A DNA stretch of 47,339 nucleotides from Vezdaea acicularis. Lineage: Eukaryota. Under the pieces are notes generated by a model. It was not told the DNA's origin and did no database searches. It saw only the letters and a list, made by a program, of their open reading frames with translations. This document shows, one piece after another, positions 13,568 to 26,491 of this stretch (its first letter is position 1; each line of letters starts with the position of its first letter). Both the position numbers and the translations under genes were made by a program. Location of the stretch: positions 62,001 through 109,339 of the forward strand of contig JAPEUI010000058.1 of assembly GCA_026025075.1 (NCBI GenBank). Direction: 5' to 3'.

Positions 13568-14515
13568 ATGGAAATGCAGCTGTACTCCAACATGACTCCT
13601 TTCCTCCGAAATATCAGTCTCCTACTCTTCTGGAGTCATCTGTCGATAGCAGCGGTCACATCACAAACTCTTGCAGGCAAGGGGCTTCAAAAACGGGTCC
13701 TCTCACCGTCGGTGGAGCAATTTGAGTGCAGATTGAGATATGGCATGCCAACTTTCGAGGATTGTGGAGTAGCTTACCAAACCTGGAAGATGTCGAAAGG
13801 ATTTGCGCGCTTGAAGAGGAGAGAGCAGCCGGTATACCGTTCTTACGAATATAGTTAGAACTCCCACTTCCGTACCCAACGTAGCCAAATAGCTAAGCCC
13901 ACCTAGAAACCTGCGCTATCAGAGTCGAGTCAGATGAGCTCCTGAGCATCAACACCCAATGGAGTTTCATTCTTGACACTATCTATGAAATTATCTCTGG
14001 CTGCGTGTACAGTCAGGGTACAGGCGGTTATGCCTTCTTCAAGTCCGGTCCGTCTCTTTCATACCCCTCCAAAGCTCATGAACAATACTCATGAGCCGAC
14101 TCTAGGCGTGCGTGATGCAAATGGACAGCCTGACGGGAAGGGCTTGAATATACATGTGACAGGAATCAAGGAGCTCAAGACCGAGCTTGGTGATGCTGGA
14201 TGGCCGATAGAAACTCCGAGAAAACACCGCGGCGAATTTGGCAACAAGATCATAGAACAGGTCAATAATCTACAGCTCTATCAACCCCATGGTGAATTAC
14301 CAAGGGAGTCGGGCTATGTGAGCGACGTGAGGATAGACAGAAGGCCGAGGCCGGAAGTTGAGAAGCTCTGTTCGAACTCGGAATACTATCGCTCCACCGA
14401 GAGACTCAAGGGATACTGCCAATTCATTTTGAGTGCAGCTGGTCAAAGTGCGGCGAAGGTGCGGTCGACCGCATTGGTAGGTGGTGGTCTTGGGGGTTTT
14501 GGCTTTGGGCGGTGA
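13568..14515 (+). CDS. Secreted Cys-patterned protein, KP4/Ecp2-like effector candidate (3' end uncertain)
   Basis: Hydrophobic signal and a KR Kex2 site. Introns 13854-13906 and 14048-14105 join C-RLRYGMPTFEDC...YKTCAIRV...QWSFILDTIYEIISGCVYSQGTGG...LNIHV. Confidence 0.6.
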
Positions 14516-14679
14516 AGAGGACCAGGAAATCTCGGTTCCAAGCATAGTTTGATTGTCTGGCCGTATGTCTTCGATCATACGACCAGCCCCAAGTACTGCG
14601 CGCGCATGGGAAAGGTCTCATTCTATGAGAGCGCCCGGGCCCTTTGCTCTTATTGATAAAACAATTGCACATAGAGCAC

Positions 14680-14873
14680 AAGCATGCACGAGTTCAGGAC
14701 AAAATATCACCTCAAGCTATTGCTGCACGAAAAAGGAATGTGTAAATGTTAAGCAAAAAAACCCCATTTTCCCCTAAAGCATGCACGATCTCAGGACAAA
14801 ATATCAATTCAAGCCAATGCTGCACAAAAAAGGAATGTAAATCTTATGCCAAAACCCCCATTTCCCCCATAGC
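14680..14873. repeat. Two-copy imperfect tandem repeat, period about 97 bp
   Basis: AGCATGCACGA..CAGGACAAAATATCA..TCAAGC..TGCTGCAC.AAAAAGGAATGT...ACCCC.ATTT.CCCC starts at 14681 and again at 14778. Confidence 0.9.
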
Positions 14874-14949
14874 AAGCCGAACACCCGTCCCAATGCGTCT
14901 CCATGCCGAACTCCTCAAACCCTTGGACCTGAAAAGGAAAAGCCTTTGT

Positions 14950-15522
14950 CTAGCAGCCATAAGTGAGGAACAGGCCAGTGGTTCCGTCAATCTGGTCGAA
15001 CTCGATGGTCTTGGACGGAGCACTGCCGCTGTTCTCCTCCCACTGCTCGAACGTCTGCACGAAGTAGCTCAACGAGCTGGCACAGCCCTGGGAATTGACA
15101 GTCGCCGCGCCGCCTTGAAGGGCGTTAATGACGCCGTACTGGTTGCCAATCGCTGGGTGGTTATGGAAAGTATCGGTCCCTTGCACAGTGCCTGCGGCCG
15201 TGTAGACCTGCAATTGCGCATTAGGTCCCGTCGCGGTAATAGCAGCGTTGGAGGCAAATTGGTAGTTGAGTTGACAGGAGCCGACGGCACCAGCGGGGAC
15301 GTCGAAGCGGACTTCGGCGATGCGGAAGGGGCCGGAGGGAGCGGAGGAGGCGGAGATGAAGGAGACGTCGCCGACGGAGGTGTCGGGCACGGAGGAGTCG
15401 ACGTAGGTGATTAGAGAGGGGTAGAGCGTCGTGCCGCAGCGGGGCGCGAGTTGGGTGGGGGAGGGAAGGGCCATAGTCAAGGCCGAGAAGGCGAGGACGA
15501 GCGCGGCGGTTGAGGAATGCAT
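14950..15522 (-). CDS. Small secreted protein, But2 C-terminal-domain-like (about 190 aa)
   Basis: Signal MHSSTAALVLAFSALTMA; VRFDVPAGAVGSCQLNYQF pattern; intronless; upstream TATA box. Confidence 0.8.
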   Translation of the reverse strand: MHSSTAALVLAFSALTMALPSPTQLAPRCGTTLYPSLITYVDSSVPDTSVGDVSFISASSAPSGPFRIAEVRFDVPAGAVGSCQLNYQFASNAAITATGPNAQLQVYTAAGTVQGTDTFHNHPAIGNQYGVINALQGGAATVNSQGCASSLSYFVQTFEQWEENSGSAPSKTIEFDQIDGTTGLFLTYGC

Positions 15523-15668
15523 GGTGAGGGGATGTGTATGAGTTCGAGGGTGTATTGATTGGGGTATGGTGGGATGTCTTTGGTGGATTGTCTGGATAGA
15601 GCTTGGTTGTATAGGAATGCTTGAGGTCTTGTTGATCGATATCTTCAAGTCTGCGAGCAATCAACCCT

Positions 15669-15677
15669 CTTATATAT
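15669..15677 (-). promoter_or_regulatory. TATA box of the But2-like gene
   Basis: TATATAAG on the minus strand about 150 bp upstream of the ATG at 15522. Confidence 0.6.
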
Positions 15678-17064
15678 CCCACCATCCCCTTCTGCTAGCC
15701 TCGACAGGACCTCTCCGTCATACGTAGCACTCCCTCGTGAGAACTCTTCCATGCGGTACGGCCGTTCGTCATTCGTGCTAACCCCGCACTCAGCTTCTCT
15801 TTTCTCGGGTTACATTGGGTTCACGCAACGACTTGCCAGCGCCACCAAGGTAGCGGCAGCATAGCCGGGCCGCGGATGCTCCCGGAACCCTGCCCCAGGC
15901 CCGGAAGCAAAGAGGGGGGGGGGAGCGGTGCATCCGGTACTCAGCGGACGCCCGTTACGAATGTGGAGAGCCCCGAAAGCAAAGCCCTGGGGAGGACTTT
16001 GTTGCGGTTAGCTTGAGTGGTTGTGTATGGATCCATGCCAAGTCAAGGACCAAAAGTGCCTTGCGATGCCCGATTTAGAAACCTGAGGGTGACCTCGGCG
16101 AAGGCTCCGAGAGACTAGGCGAAAGGAAGTGCCGCTTGCGATTGGAGGCGTTGGCGAGCCCCGCTTGGCAATTAAGCATGCGTTTTGGCTTGCAGGCTCG
16201 CGGGACGAGGAGCAAACAGGGCGCAAAAGCATGCTCAAAGGGTGTAACCATCTCTGTTTGTCCATCTTTTCAGCCCGTAAGAGCTTGCAATCCCCCGTTC
16301 TTCGGTTGTAATTCGATACGCACGGAAAAAGTCCTTTCCGTCAGGGCTGAACTAGAACATGCCAGGGGGGCAGGATTAGACGGTAGATCGCGACAGGGCT
16401 GGCTGGCTTCGCCAAGGCTTACCCTCCCAATGGAGCACGAGGGTGATTACCTCACATGGCAAAGCTGCGGCCGACGGCATATTTTTGGAGTCGGGCAATG
16501 TCCGTAGGAGAGATAGAAAGGACGGTGTATTCCCATCTTGTGACTCTCTTAGCGGGCTCTCTCCGGGACATTGTAATCCAACCGCCACTGAAGCTGTACT
16601 CAGACATTTCCATAGCCCTCGGCCGAACTCTCGAGTTTGGCTGCGCACGCGTCATTGGTGAGATGTCTAATATGGGACGGAGGGCAGTCACAAGAAATTT
16701 GACTGGCTCTTCGCTGGTAAAGCTGATAATTCTTTCTAGCTGGACCTTCGGTGCGACACGCGTGCGTGGCGTTTGCAACAGTGCAAGTGATATGGTCAGC
16801 TCAGTGTGCCATCTCGACCGGCTTACTGGCTACTTTAGGCTACAAACATGGGGATCATTTCGTAAGTCATGATTCGCGTATATACACAACAAACAGAGCG
16901 GGGTCCTGAGATATCAATGGACTGTATGCTGTCTAAAAGATGCAGTGCCCTCCTTCTCACTCGGTTCGCGATTTGCTATTTGTGTCACCCATACATAAGA
17001 CAAACATCGAGCATTCAAAAGGCATCGCTATAGAGACCATACCATCTCGCTCATCGTGATAATC

Positions 17065-18581
17065 CTACATACAGCCGCTTCTGAACCCTCCCTCGTCCTT
17101 GTCCTCTCCCTTTTGCGGCCAGAGGATCTGCTTGAGCTTCACCGCTCGAATCATCATCCCAACGACCACTATCCAGACTAAAATCAACAAAGCTGCCATG
17201 ATCGTGCCCAAGATCTGGATCTCACGACTTCCAAACTCCGCCCCGATTGCTAGAGTCGCCGTTATGAGGGCCGAGTTAGGAAAGACGAAGGAGAACCACG
17301 TCATTGCAAAGTCCAGCTTTCCACGCCGGACACAACTATAATGGGCGCCTACAGAGACGAAGAAGAACCATAAGGCAAGCCCATACAGCCACTGCGACAG
17401 GGTCAGCAATTTGAAGCTTGAAAGGGGGTAGATTCGAGAGCCAACTACGTTGGTGACTTACCAACCCTGCCCAATTCGCCATGACACGAAGGATAAAAGC
17501 CGCACGGGGTCCGTCTTCCATAAAATTTGCAGGAACGGATCTAGACAAGTTCTTGGCCATGGTGACGAGTCCAGTGACCGTGAATGCCGAAGGCCCAACA
17601 GATACGAACATAGAAGGCCTTAATGCTTGCTTCGGTAGTTTTTGTGTCATGAGCCGATAGATGAAGGCGCTGTACACCATGAGTGAGACCATGAAGCCTA
17701 TTGACTGTAAAATGGTGCCTCCGATTATGATGTCAAGAGAGTTCTTTGGAGAAGCGGTTCCGCTCAAGATGCCGGCATGAGGACCAATAATCAGCAAGGG
17801 ATATGCCGGAAAGATCCAGATGGGCGTCATTGCAGCCACCGTAAACGTCTGGGTTGACCAGCTACCATGTTTATTAGTAATGCTCGTCCAAGCGCGACTT
17901 CAGAGGTACACTGACAGAACAAGGTAGATCACAACGGAGGCCACCATCGCTAGCGCGCAATCGATCCAGAATAGCGCTATCAAGGCGGTGTTGAGAGGCA
18001 TCCCATATTGGCTCAGATTCATCAAAATAATCCCAAAGCTTACGACACTAGCTGGGATGAAAAGACTTTCAGACGGATGAATGAACGATTCCCGCAGTGT
18101 CCCTGGATGGAGAGCAAAACGTAGCGTGATCATACTCACGATACAGAAGAAGATGAGAATGTTAATAATGAAAAAGAAATAGCCTAGGGCATTGAGGCCG
18201 TGGGACTGGAATGGTACTTTTAATTGTTAGTATAATGAAGTTCTAAGAGCCATCATAGAAAAGCTTACTGGCATGTATGACATTTGCAACTCCTCCGGTA
18301 GCCATACTAAGCGTGAAATAGGCCCATGTGAAGTGCTTGATTCTTTCTCTCCACGACAGTTTCGAAGTCTCTGTTTCCTTCATTTCGACGTCGTCATCTT
18401 CTCCATAGGCGGGAAGACTGGGACGTGATAATTGTGAAGGGTAACTGGGCACAATGACACTGCCTCCTCTCTCTGGGAGTTGTCGCATTCTACTTCCCTG
18501 AAGGGGGGTATTGATATCGTCAACTGTTGGCGTGCGGTAGCCATCTTCAGTATCGAGGTAAGGGGATTCGAAGGGTGGCAT
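17065..18581 (-). CDS. MAE1: C4-dicarboxylate/malic acid transporter (TDT/SLAC1 family)
   Basis: RIKHFTWAYFTLSMATGG, MTPIWIFPAYP, RPSMFVSVGPSAFT, WFSFVFPN and ILWPQKGEDKDEGGF; three introns. Confidence 0.9.
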
Positions 18582-19394
18582 TGAAAGGGCAGGAAATGGA
18601 CGAACGCCGACAAAGAAAAGATAAAGTGAAGAGGGCTCAGTTGTTGACCATTGAGAGATCTATGGCCTTCAAGGCATGTATGAAGTAGCAAAGGCAGGAA
18701 GAAATAGTAATCCAAATCCAAACTGGATCAGTCACACAGTATAAATGGAATGCATCGTATATGCAATATGCCGAGTCACTCCCAAGGAGGTTCATGGTCC
18801 TTCTCCGCAAGTAGGCTGTGTCTCATGTAACTCATGAGTATACTCACAGCCTGGAGGGAGCAGGAGGTACACCTATGGCGGAATGCATGGACTTCTCCGA
18901 CGCCGTGTCCTGAAATATCTGCGCTCCGGACGACGACAGATAGAGTTTGGGTTGGGAGGCGTGGGAGGCTGTTTGATGCTGGCCGCTGAAATAAGCGAGG
19001 GGTTCCACGCCCAATTGCTTCGGCACGTCCCGCTACACAACGCCGAGTACTCCGCCCACCTAATTCTGGAACCAACAAATAAGATGGATGACTATTTCCC
19101 CCCTCCCCGGCTTAGAAAGTGACATGGGTTCAGCCATGAGCTCCAGGGCCGGACTAATGCACGTTGGTACAAGGCTTATAACCACGTTAAGCGCTCCGTG
19201 GAGGCGTCTCGATTGCACTTGTTCAGTCCGAGATACCGTCTACAGCCCTAGCCATGCCGACCTCTGCACGATTTTTTAGATATCGCTTCCTCCAGAGTGA
19301 AAGTGTTAAGCCTGGAATTGCGAAAACGCGACGTATGTAAATCAGCGCCCGAAAATCGTGGGCACCTCGAATACTTTAAGGCAGATAAATCCGC

Positions 19395-20711
19395 TTAGGC
19401 TCGTTGAGGCCGTATCCGCGCTGGACCGAGACCCTTTCTAACCTCGTCAAGCTGTTCCAACCCTGACTGGTATCCACCCCGCTTCACCCTCCTCTTTCCG
19501 CTCATTGAATAGCTACCGAGAAAGTCGTCCATGATGCCGTCCAAATCACTTCTTGTAGAGTCTTGACTTATCGCAGATATAGCAGAAGATGCGACGGAGA
19601 CTTCATCGTCCTCGTCCTCATCTGCTCCTGCATATACTTCTTCGATCTTGCTGAATCGAGAATCCAGAATCGTCTGCACTTCTGTCCTAGCAAGTGATGA
19701 GGAGGTCATGCTATATCCAGACGACGATGTGAGGGCCCCTTTGCGCTTTTTCCTGCGCCCGCCGCCGAATGAGCCACTGCTAAGAAGAGATGATTGGATG
19801 TCAAAAGCTGCTGCTGCTTTAGGTTTCTTGCTCCCTTTGGAAATCTGCTTAAATTTCTCGTACTCAACCATCCATTCCTGGTCAGCTTCCGTGGTGATCT
19901 CGGATTCGTTATTATGAGTATTCGGCTTATCTTCCTGTTTAGGCTTTACCGTATGATCGCTCTCCCAGCCTTCGTCCTCATCTTCCCATCCACCGATTTC
20001 AGCCCTAGACTCTTCGAATTCTTCTAATGATAGTTCTTCCCTATCTTTTGCAAGCTGCCCAAAGATGTCATCCTCGTCATCCACATACGCTTCATCCTCT
20101 AGAGCTTCTAATACCTCCCGCAGGCGAGGGTCCATATCTGGTTGAAAACCGGCAATGGTATCTGGCACATCCTGCTGGGATTGGTAGGTATTGTGAACGA
20201 GATTTACTGAAGGGAGAATAGAGGCATCCAGTAGGCGCTCTCGATGATGCTCCCCAGGCCTCTCTCCTATCGTTGCTTGTCGAAGCGCGTCTTCAAGCTT
20301 TACCTCACCCTTTCTCTTACCTTCTGCTCCATCCTGCTTTGCTTCAAGGAAGACACCATTCGCACCTAAGCCAACGTCTCGTAGATGCTGCATGTAATCA
20401 TATTGAGAATCGTCATAGTATATCCCGTACTCAGCTGCTTCTCCCTCATTCTGGCGTAGTTTATCAAGCTCTGCACGCTCTATTTCCTTCTCTAGGTCAT
20501 GTCTTGTCTTGGCTTTCTTGCTGTTGGGAAGGCTTGTGGGTGCGAATACCATAGATGACGCCGCAATATCGTGAATAAGAGGATCATTTTGTGGTCGATG
20601 CACCAAGGTAAAATGCGAGGCTGAATTTTTGTCGCTGGAGAGGAATTAGCATACTATATCGAAAACTAAGAATGACAGAATTTCTTACATCCAGCCCCTT
20701 CGGGGCGCCAT
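19395..20711 (-). CDS. LTV1: 40S ribosome biogenesis factor Ltv1
   Basis: MAPRRGWI|DKNSASHFTLVHRPQNDPLIHD, GEAAEYGIYYDDSQYDYMQHLRD, GFQPDMDPRLREVLEALEDEAYV and SMTSSSLARTE. Confidence 0.95.
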
Positions 20712-20953
20712 TTCAGAGTTTGTATTTGTGCTTGTAAATTAAATTTAGGGTCCTTCTTTTGCTTGCTACTATAATAGTTGGGGTAGAATCGTAGGAACAT
20801 ATGGCTGACAAAACATTGTGGATGTGTGGGCAAAAAGTTCAAGCGAGATGCAGGCTGACGTCTTGCCCCTCTTGCCCCTCAATTCATTCCTAGAATTCAC
20901 GGAATTTGCTGGGCAAACAAAACCCCTACTGTCATTCTAGAAAAACCGCAATC

Positions 20954-23038
20954 ATGGTCCTCGCAAAGTCAAAGAAGCAGGTGGGGCTAGGCAACAGTCT
21001 CATGAACGACCGGTTCGGTCATGGCAAGGGGGCTGATCGGAAAAGAACGTCTGCAGGCATTCGGCGGACTGATGCCAATGGCGACCCGGTAAAGTGAAGT
21101 GTCCAATTCCAACAAAGCCCCAGTCAACTAACTTCATCCTGTAGTATGTCACAGACATGCCAAAAGAGGCCAGCTGGGTGAAGATGCGCAGTGTCACCGA
21201 ACAGCCCGCGCTAGACGAATTTCTGAGTACTGCAGAGTTGGCGGGAACGGATTTTACTGCCGAGAAGGGAAACAATATCAAGGTCATTTCATTCGAACAG
21301 CGAAATCCATACCTCTTATCTGCTGCGGAAGAGCGAACGACTGTAAGGAAGCACAAGGCCAACAAAGCAAGGTTAACAGTACCAAGGAGACCTGCCTGGG
21401 ATGAGAATACCTCGAAGGGAGATCTAGAAAGAAGGGAGAAGTTGTCTCTTCTTGAGTGGAGACGAGGGCTCGCAGAGTTACAAGAAGTTAACGACATATT
21501 AATGACACCATTCGAGAGAAATATTGAGGTTTGGAGACAGCTTTGGCGGGTGATTGAGCGCTCAGACTTGGTGGTACAGATCGTAGATGCGAGGAATCCC
21601 CTTCTATTTAGATCTGAAGATCTTGAACGATACGTGAAGGAGGTCGACCCTAGAAAGAACAATCTTCTGTTGGTCAACAAGGCAGACATGATGACGTTAG
21701 ATCAGAGGAGGACGTGGGCAGACTATTTCGACTCTGAAGGAATCAACTATAACTTCTTCTCAGCAGCGCTTGCGAAGGAGCTGAATGAAGCTCGCGATCT
21801 CGTTGGTGGGGAAGTTACGGCAGGAAGCATAGATGTTGCAGAGGTGTCTCGGGAAGCTAAGAAGCCCCAAATAGGGCACGATAGCGACCAAGATCAGTGG
21901 GAAAGCGAAGATGACTCGGAAGATGAGATGAATCACCGAAATCGGCTTGGGATGGACGATAGAACTCGTATCTTGACAGTCGATGAGCTCGAAGGTTTAT
22001 TTCTTAAGCATGCCCCCAACCACGAAGGTAGGAGCACTTGGTGTGCATCGAAGAAATCAAATATCAATGACTCAACTAATGCTTACCACCTTAGATTCAG
22101 AAGAGCCACGCAAGATCCAGATAGGGCTCGTGGGCTATCCCAACGTGGGAAAGTCTTCAACCATAAATGCGTTGATTGGAGCCAAGAAGGTCTCCGTATC
22201 ATCCACTCCCGGGAAAACGAAGCACTTTCAGACCATTCACCTAAGCCCAGCTGTGATCCTGTGTGATTGCCCTGGATTAGTCTTTCCAAATTTTGCCACA
22301 ACTAAGGCTGAGCTAGTTTGTAATGGCATCCTACCTATCGATCAGTTACGAGAATTTACCGGCCCTGCGGGGCTGGTTGCGCAACGGATACCGCAGCCTT
22401 TCTTAGAGGCAGTCTATGGTATTAAGATACATAAGAAACCGCTTGAGGAGGGCGGCACGGGCGTGCCGACGGCGGAAGAGCTGCTCATCTCCTATGCTGT
22501 GGCGCGAGGATTTACAAAGACGGGCCAGGGACAGCCCGATGAGTCCAGAGCAGCGCGGTACATACTCAAGGACTATGTCAGCGGCAAGCTACTATTCTGT
22601 ATGCCTCCTCCAGCGACGCCTGCGATAGATCCCCTTGAGTTCAACCAAGAGCTTTACGACGCCGAGCATCTCCCGGAAAAGCGCCAGATAGGTATGAACA
22701 ATCATTTAGAGGGTCAGACCGTCGTTTCTGAGGATTCTCCCATTAGGACCGATTCTGCCGAGATGTCGAAGGCTCCTGCGCAAGGAATGAAGTCAACCAG
22801 ACTGGATAAGCACTTTTTCGGCCCGAAAAGAGGCAGCGCTGGGCACATGAACTTGCCCTTTAACCATAAATACAGCGAGCAGAGTAATTTATCTGGCAAG
22901 CAATTGAGCGGACGAAAACAACGCACGATTATTGCGTTGGAGAAAAACATGGACCCTGCGGATGTAAAGCTGACATTAGGAAAAAAGCACTTCAAGGGCG
23001 ACAAGCGTAAGGCTATGAAGCAGGACGAAAATGCTTGA
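20954..23038 (+). CDS. LSG1: 60S export GTPase Lsg1 (circularly permuted GTPase)
   Basis: TPFERNIEVWRQLWRVIERSDLVVQIVDARNP, NKAD, GYPNVGKSS and DCPG; two introns. Confidence 0.96.
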
Positions 23039-23378
23039 GTTTCGTAGGCTAGATTAAAATAAGCATGGAGTTAAGGGTCTTCATTTAGAATTGTTGATAG
23101 CATCCCAGACGCTACAGTACACGTACGTGTCTGGGTCATGAAGTTACGAAGCTGTTCACACCGCCCTCAAATTCTTGCAGGGATCGTTGTGCCTCGGCAT
23201 TGAGGACTCGGCCTGGACGGATCAACTTCAAAACCCCACATCTCCAAGTCATTAGTGCAATCGCTTCTTAGCCCAACCTAAGCATACGAAAGAATCTGTT
23301 ACTACCGTTTTCTTAATGTGGTCTTAATATTCCAACGGGTGCCGAACCACTCCACCCTTCTATCGGCCTGACCGCATT

Positions 23379-24931
23379 ATGATGGCTGCAAGCATCCCGG
23401 TCATAGCTCTCGACAAGGTCAGCGAACGAGCGAGGAGAACTCTCGACATTGTAAGACGAACAGCCCCGCTCTGGATTCTGAAACATGTTATTGACACCAT
23501 TGATTAGGTGCAGAAGTTTGTTGAAGAAGAATGTAAAGGCTACTGGCTCCATTGCTGAGCTTTGTTGGCTTACGATCTTGAAGGCATTCCTGCGGATGCA
23601 GTCTTCCACGAACAACTCAGTGAAGGTGAGAAGCGATGGTCTTCTTACCCACCCATAGTCGACGATCTTAAGCTCAAAGCCAAGAGGCTGGGGCTATGGA
23701 ACCTATTCCTCCCAAAGAATCACTTTACGGAAGGAGCTGGTTTCAGTAACCTGGAATACGGTCTTATGGCGGAGCATATGGGAAAATCAAGGACTGCGTC
23801 TGAGGTATGGACGACAAAGGCCAATGAAGCGGTAGTTTTAGATTCTGATAAATCGTGTAGGCTACAAATTGCGCTGCACCGGACACAGGCAATATGGAAG
23901 TGCTCGCGAAGTACGGGAATAATGCCCAGAAGGCGCAATGGCTTAATCCTTTACTAAATGGAGACATACGCTCGGCTTTCCTGATGACCGAACCAGATAA
24001 AGCATCATCAGACGGTACGAATATATCCTTGACGATGAAGAAGGAAAGAAACGAATACATACTCAACGGATCTGTGAGAAACTCTAACTCTATTATGAGT
24101 GGCTTCTATATGCTGAATTATGAACAGAAATGGTGGAGCAGTGGCGCAGGTGATCCTAGATGCAAAATCTACATTGTGATGGGAAAGACGGACCCTTCGA
24201 ACCCAGATACGTATAAGCAGCAGTCAATGATGCTCGTACCATCGAATACAAAGGGGATAACGGTCAATCGTATGCTTTCTGTATATGGTTATGACGATGC
24301 GCCTCATGGGCATGCGCACATCACATTCAAAAATGTCCGAGTCCCAGCGTCAAATATGATCCTTGGGCCTGGCAGAGGATTTGAAATCATGCAAGGGCGT
24401 TTAGGACCAGGTCGGATTCACCATGCGATGAGATCAATTGGAGCCGCTGAAAAGGCCCTGGAATGGATGATAGATCGTGTCAATGATCCAAACCGGAAGA
24501 CATTCGGCAAAACCCTTAGTGAGCATGGAGTTCTTCAGCAGTGGATAGCTAAATCACGTATCGAGATTGATGCTGCGCGTCTGATCGTTCTAAATGCTGC
24601 AATCAAGATTGATGAGAGCAGTGCAAAGGGCGCTTTGAAAGAGATTGCTGAAGCAAAGATTCTTGTCCCGCAGATGGCTCTCACCGTTATCGATCGTGCT
24701 GTACAAAGCTTCGGTGCGATGGGCGTTTGTCAAGATACGCCTTTAGCATACATGTGGGCGAATGTCAGGACATTAAGGATAGCGGATGGGCCAGACGAAG
24801 TGCATCTGCAACAAATGGCCAGAAACGAGAACAAAAGAGCTGGCGAGATCCGGGCAAGGCTTGCGGCACAGAAGACGGCGTCTGAAAAACTCTTCAGCGG
24901 CTCCAGAAATCTGAACAAGGCGCATCTGTAG
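23379..24931 (+). CDS. Acyl-CoA dehydrogenase (ACAD10/11-like), probably peroxisomal
   Basis: [46 protein letters not shown] and [12 protein letters not shown]-terminal AHL is a PTS1-type signal; four introns. Confidence 0.93.
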
Positions 24932-25625
24932 ATATAACCAGAATGCATAATGAAGGATTCGAGCCATTACGACTTCTCCATTGGGTATCATTTGAACGTA
25001 ACGGTTGATTATCTCATAGGTGCCCTGAGCATTGTTTCACCTGCATTTCATTCCAGCTGTTTACCAAACCTGAGTCTCCCAGCCTATCTTCCCAATAATC
25101 CTCAATGCGTCTACGCTCCCAAAGAGTGGATTAGTTCATGGGTTTGGTCAAGGTTTTGCGCACACCTGGTGGGGTGGCCTTTTTCCAACTCTAAAATATT
25201 GGCCTTGACTATCAAATCCCCATCTTTTAGTAGCTGAACGGTGTTATAGATATGTTATGGGCATCTAAATTTCACATGAAGGGAAATAAAATCGAAAATT
25301 TCCTATCGACAATATTATCATCTGCTCCTACGGGTAGATAACGTGCGTGGCGAGCTTTTCTGCATAAGGACTTTGCGGGGGGACTTTATCGATTGTTACC
25401 CAGGCAACGACCAAGCGATAAACAGTCCTCCGGCCAACCCCCATTGGGGATACGCGAATGCTAGTACAGCCAGCAAATCATGGTTATTCACGAAAGGCTT
25501 TGCAAGCTGAACCTACATCCCAAAAGTCTTGTTGTGCTATTCTAGACCTCAAGAAATCAATTGAGACCTGCAATAAGCTTTCCGACCCCGCGGCCAGTGC
25601 CAGTAAAAGAAACCCTCACAAGACC

Positions 25626-26200
25626 ATGTCTTCTAACTCTACACCTCAACCTGAGCAAAGCATCCTCTCTGACCGAGACGTGAATACTTCACTCACGAAT
25701 AGTTCCGCCACTTCCTCTACGGTAGAGAAGGACGTTGGTACGAAGCCGCAACCAAAAATGGCAGGGCAGGCAACAGACATGGACTATCATCGTAGGGTGC
25801 TTCAGAGCAAGTTGGACGAGGAATCGTACGCCACCCCGATTGGAAGCAAGCAGTGCGAGTGGAATTATAGAAGCGGCGGAAGACTCTGCTCTTCCCTTCA
25901 GATGCGCTGATGCTAACTTTTTGGGTTAATGATTGTAGCGGCAAACAAACTTATGTATCCCCATCTGATGGAATAATGAGTCCTTGCACCGCCAAGCTGT
26001 CTGCCCTAAAGCACAAGCACTACGGAAAGTGGGTGGCAAACGGTTCATAGATGTTTACATGTTAGATGCTAATTTTCTTCATTACTAGGGTAAAGCCACA
26101 ATCGCTCTTTGGAAAGAAGTCAGGCATGTCGACGACTGTGTCTGCCGACGCTCCGGAGTTACTCCATAATGACGGCACCCTCGAATCAGCTGGCATCTGA
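25626..26200 (+). CDS. SPO12: Spo12-family mitotic-exit protein
   Basis: The spliced product contains YVSPSDGIMSPCTAKLSALKHKHYG|KVKPQSLF, the Spo12 signature; two introns. Confidence 0.85.
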
Positions 26201-26491
26201 GAGAACTTCCGAGATAGCACTTTCTAGACGGCGGAATGAGGTTTCAAAGGAGTACTTTATAATAGGGAGTCTTTGCATGCCTCCAGTCCTTAGCAATGAT
26301 AATTGGAAATTCATTGTGCGGGAGAGACATCAGGATTTGATCTCTGTACTAGTCCGACGGAGTTCAAGGACACTTGGAAAGCTATAGATTGGGATCACTT
26401 TACTATATGTACTGTACTGGTTAGATTATCCTTAGAAACTTGGACTGCACGACGCGAATTATCCCTTCTTTATGGTGGCTTCTGTGTAATT

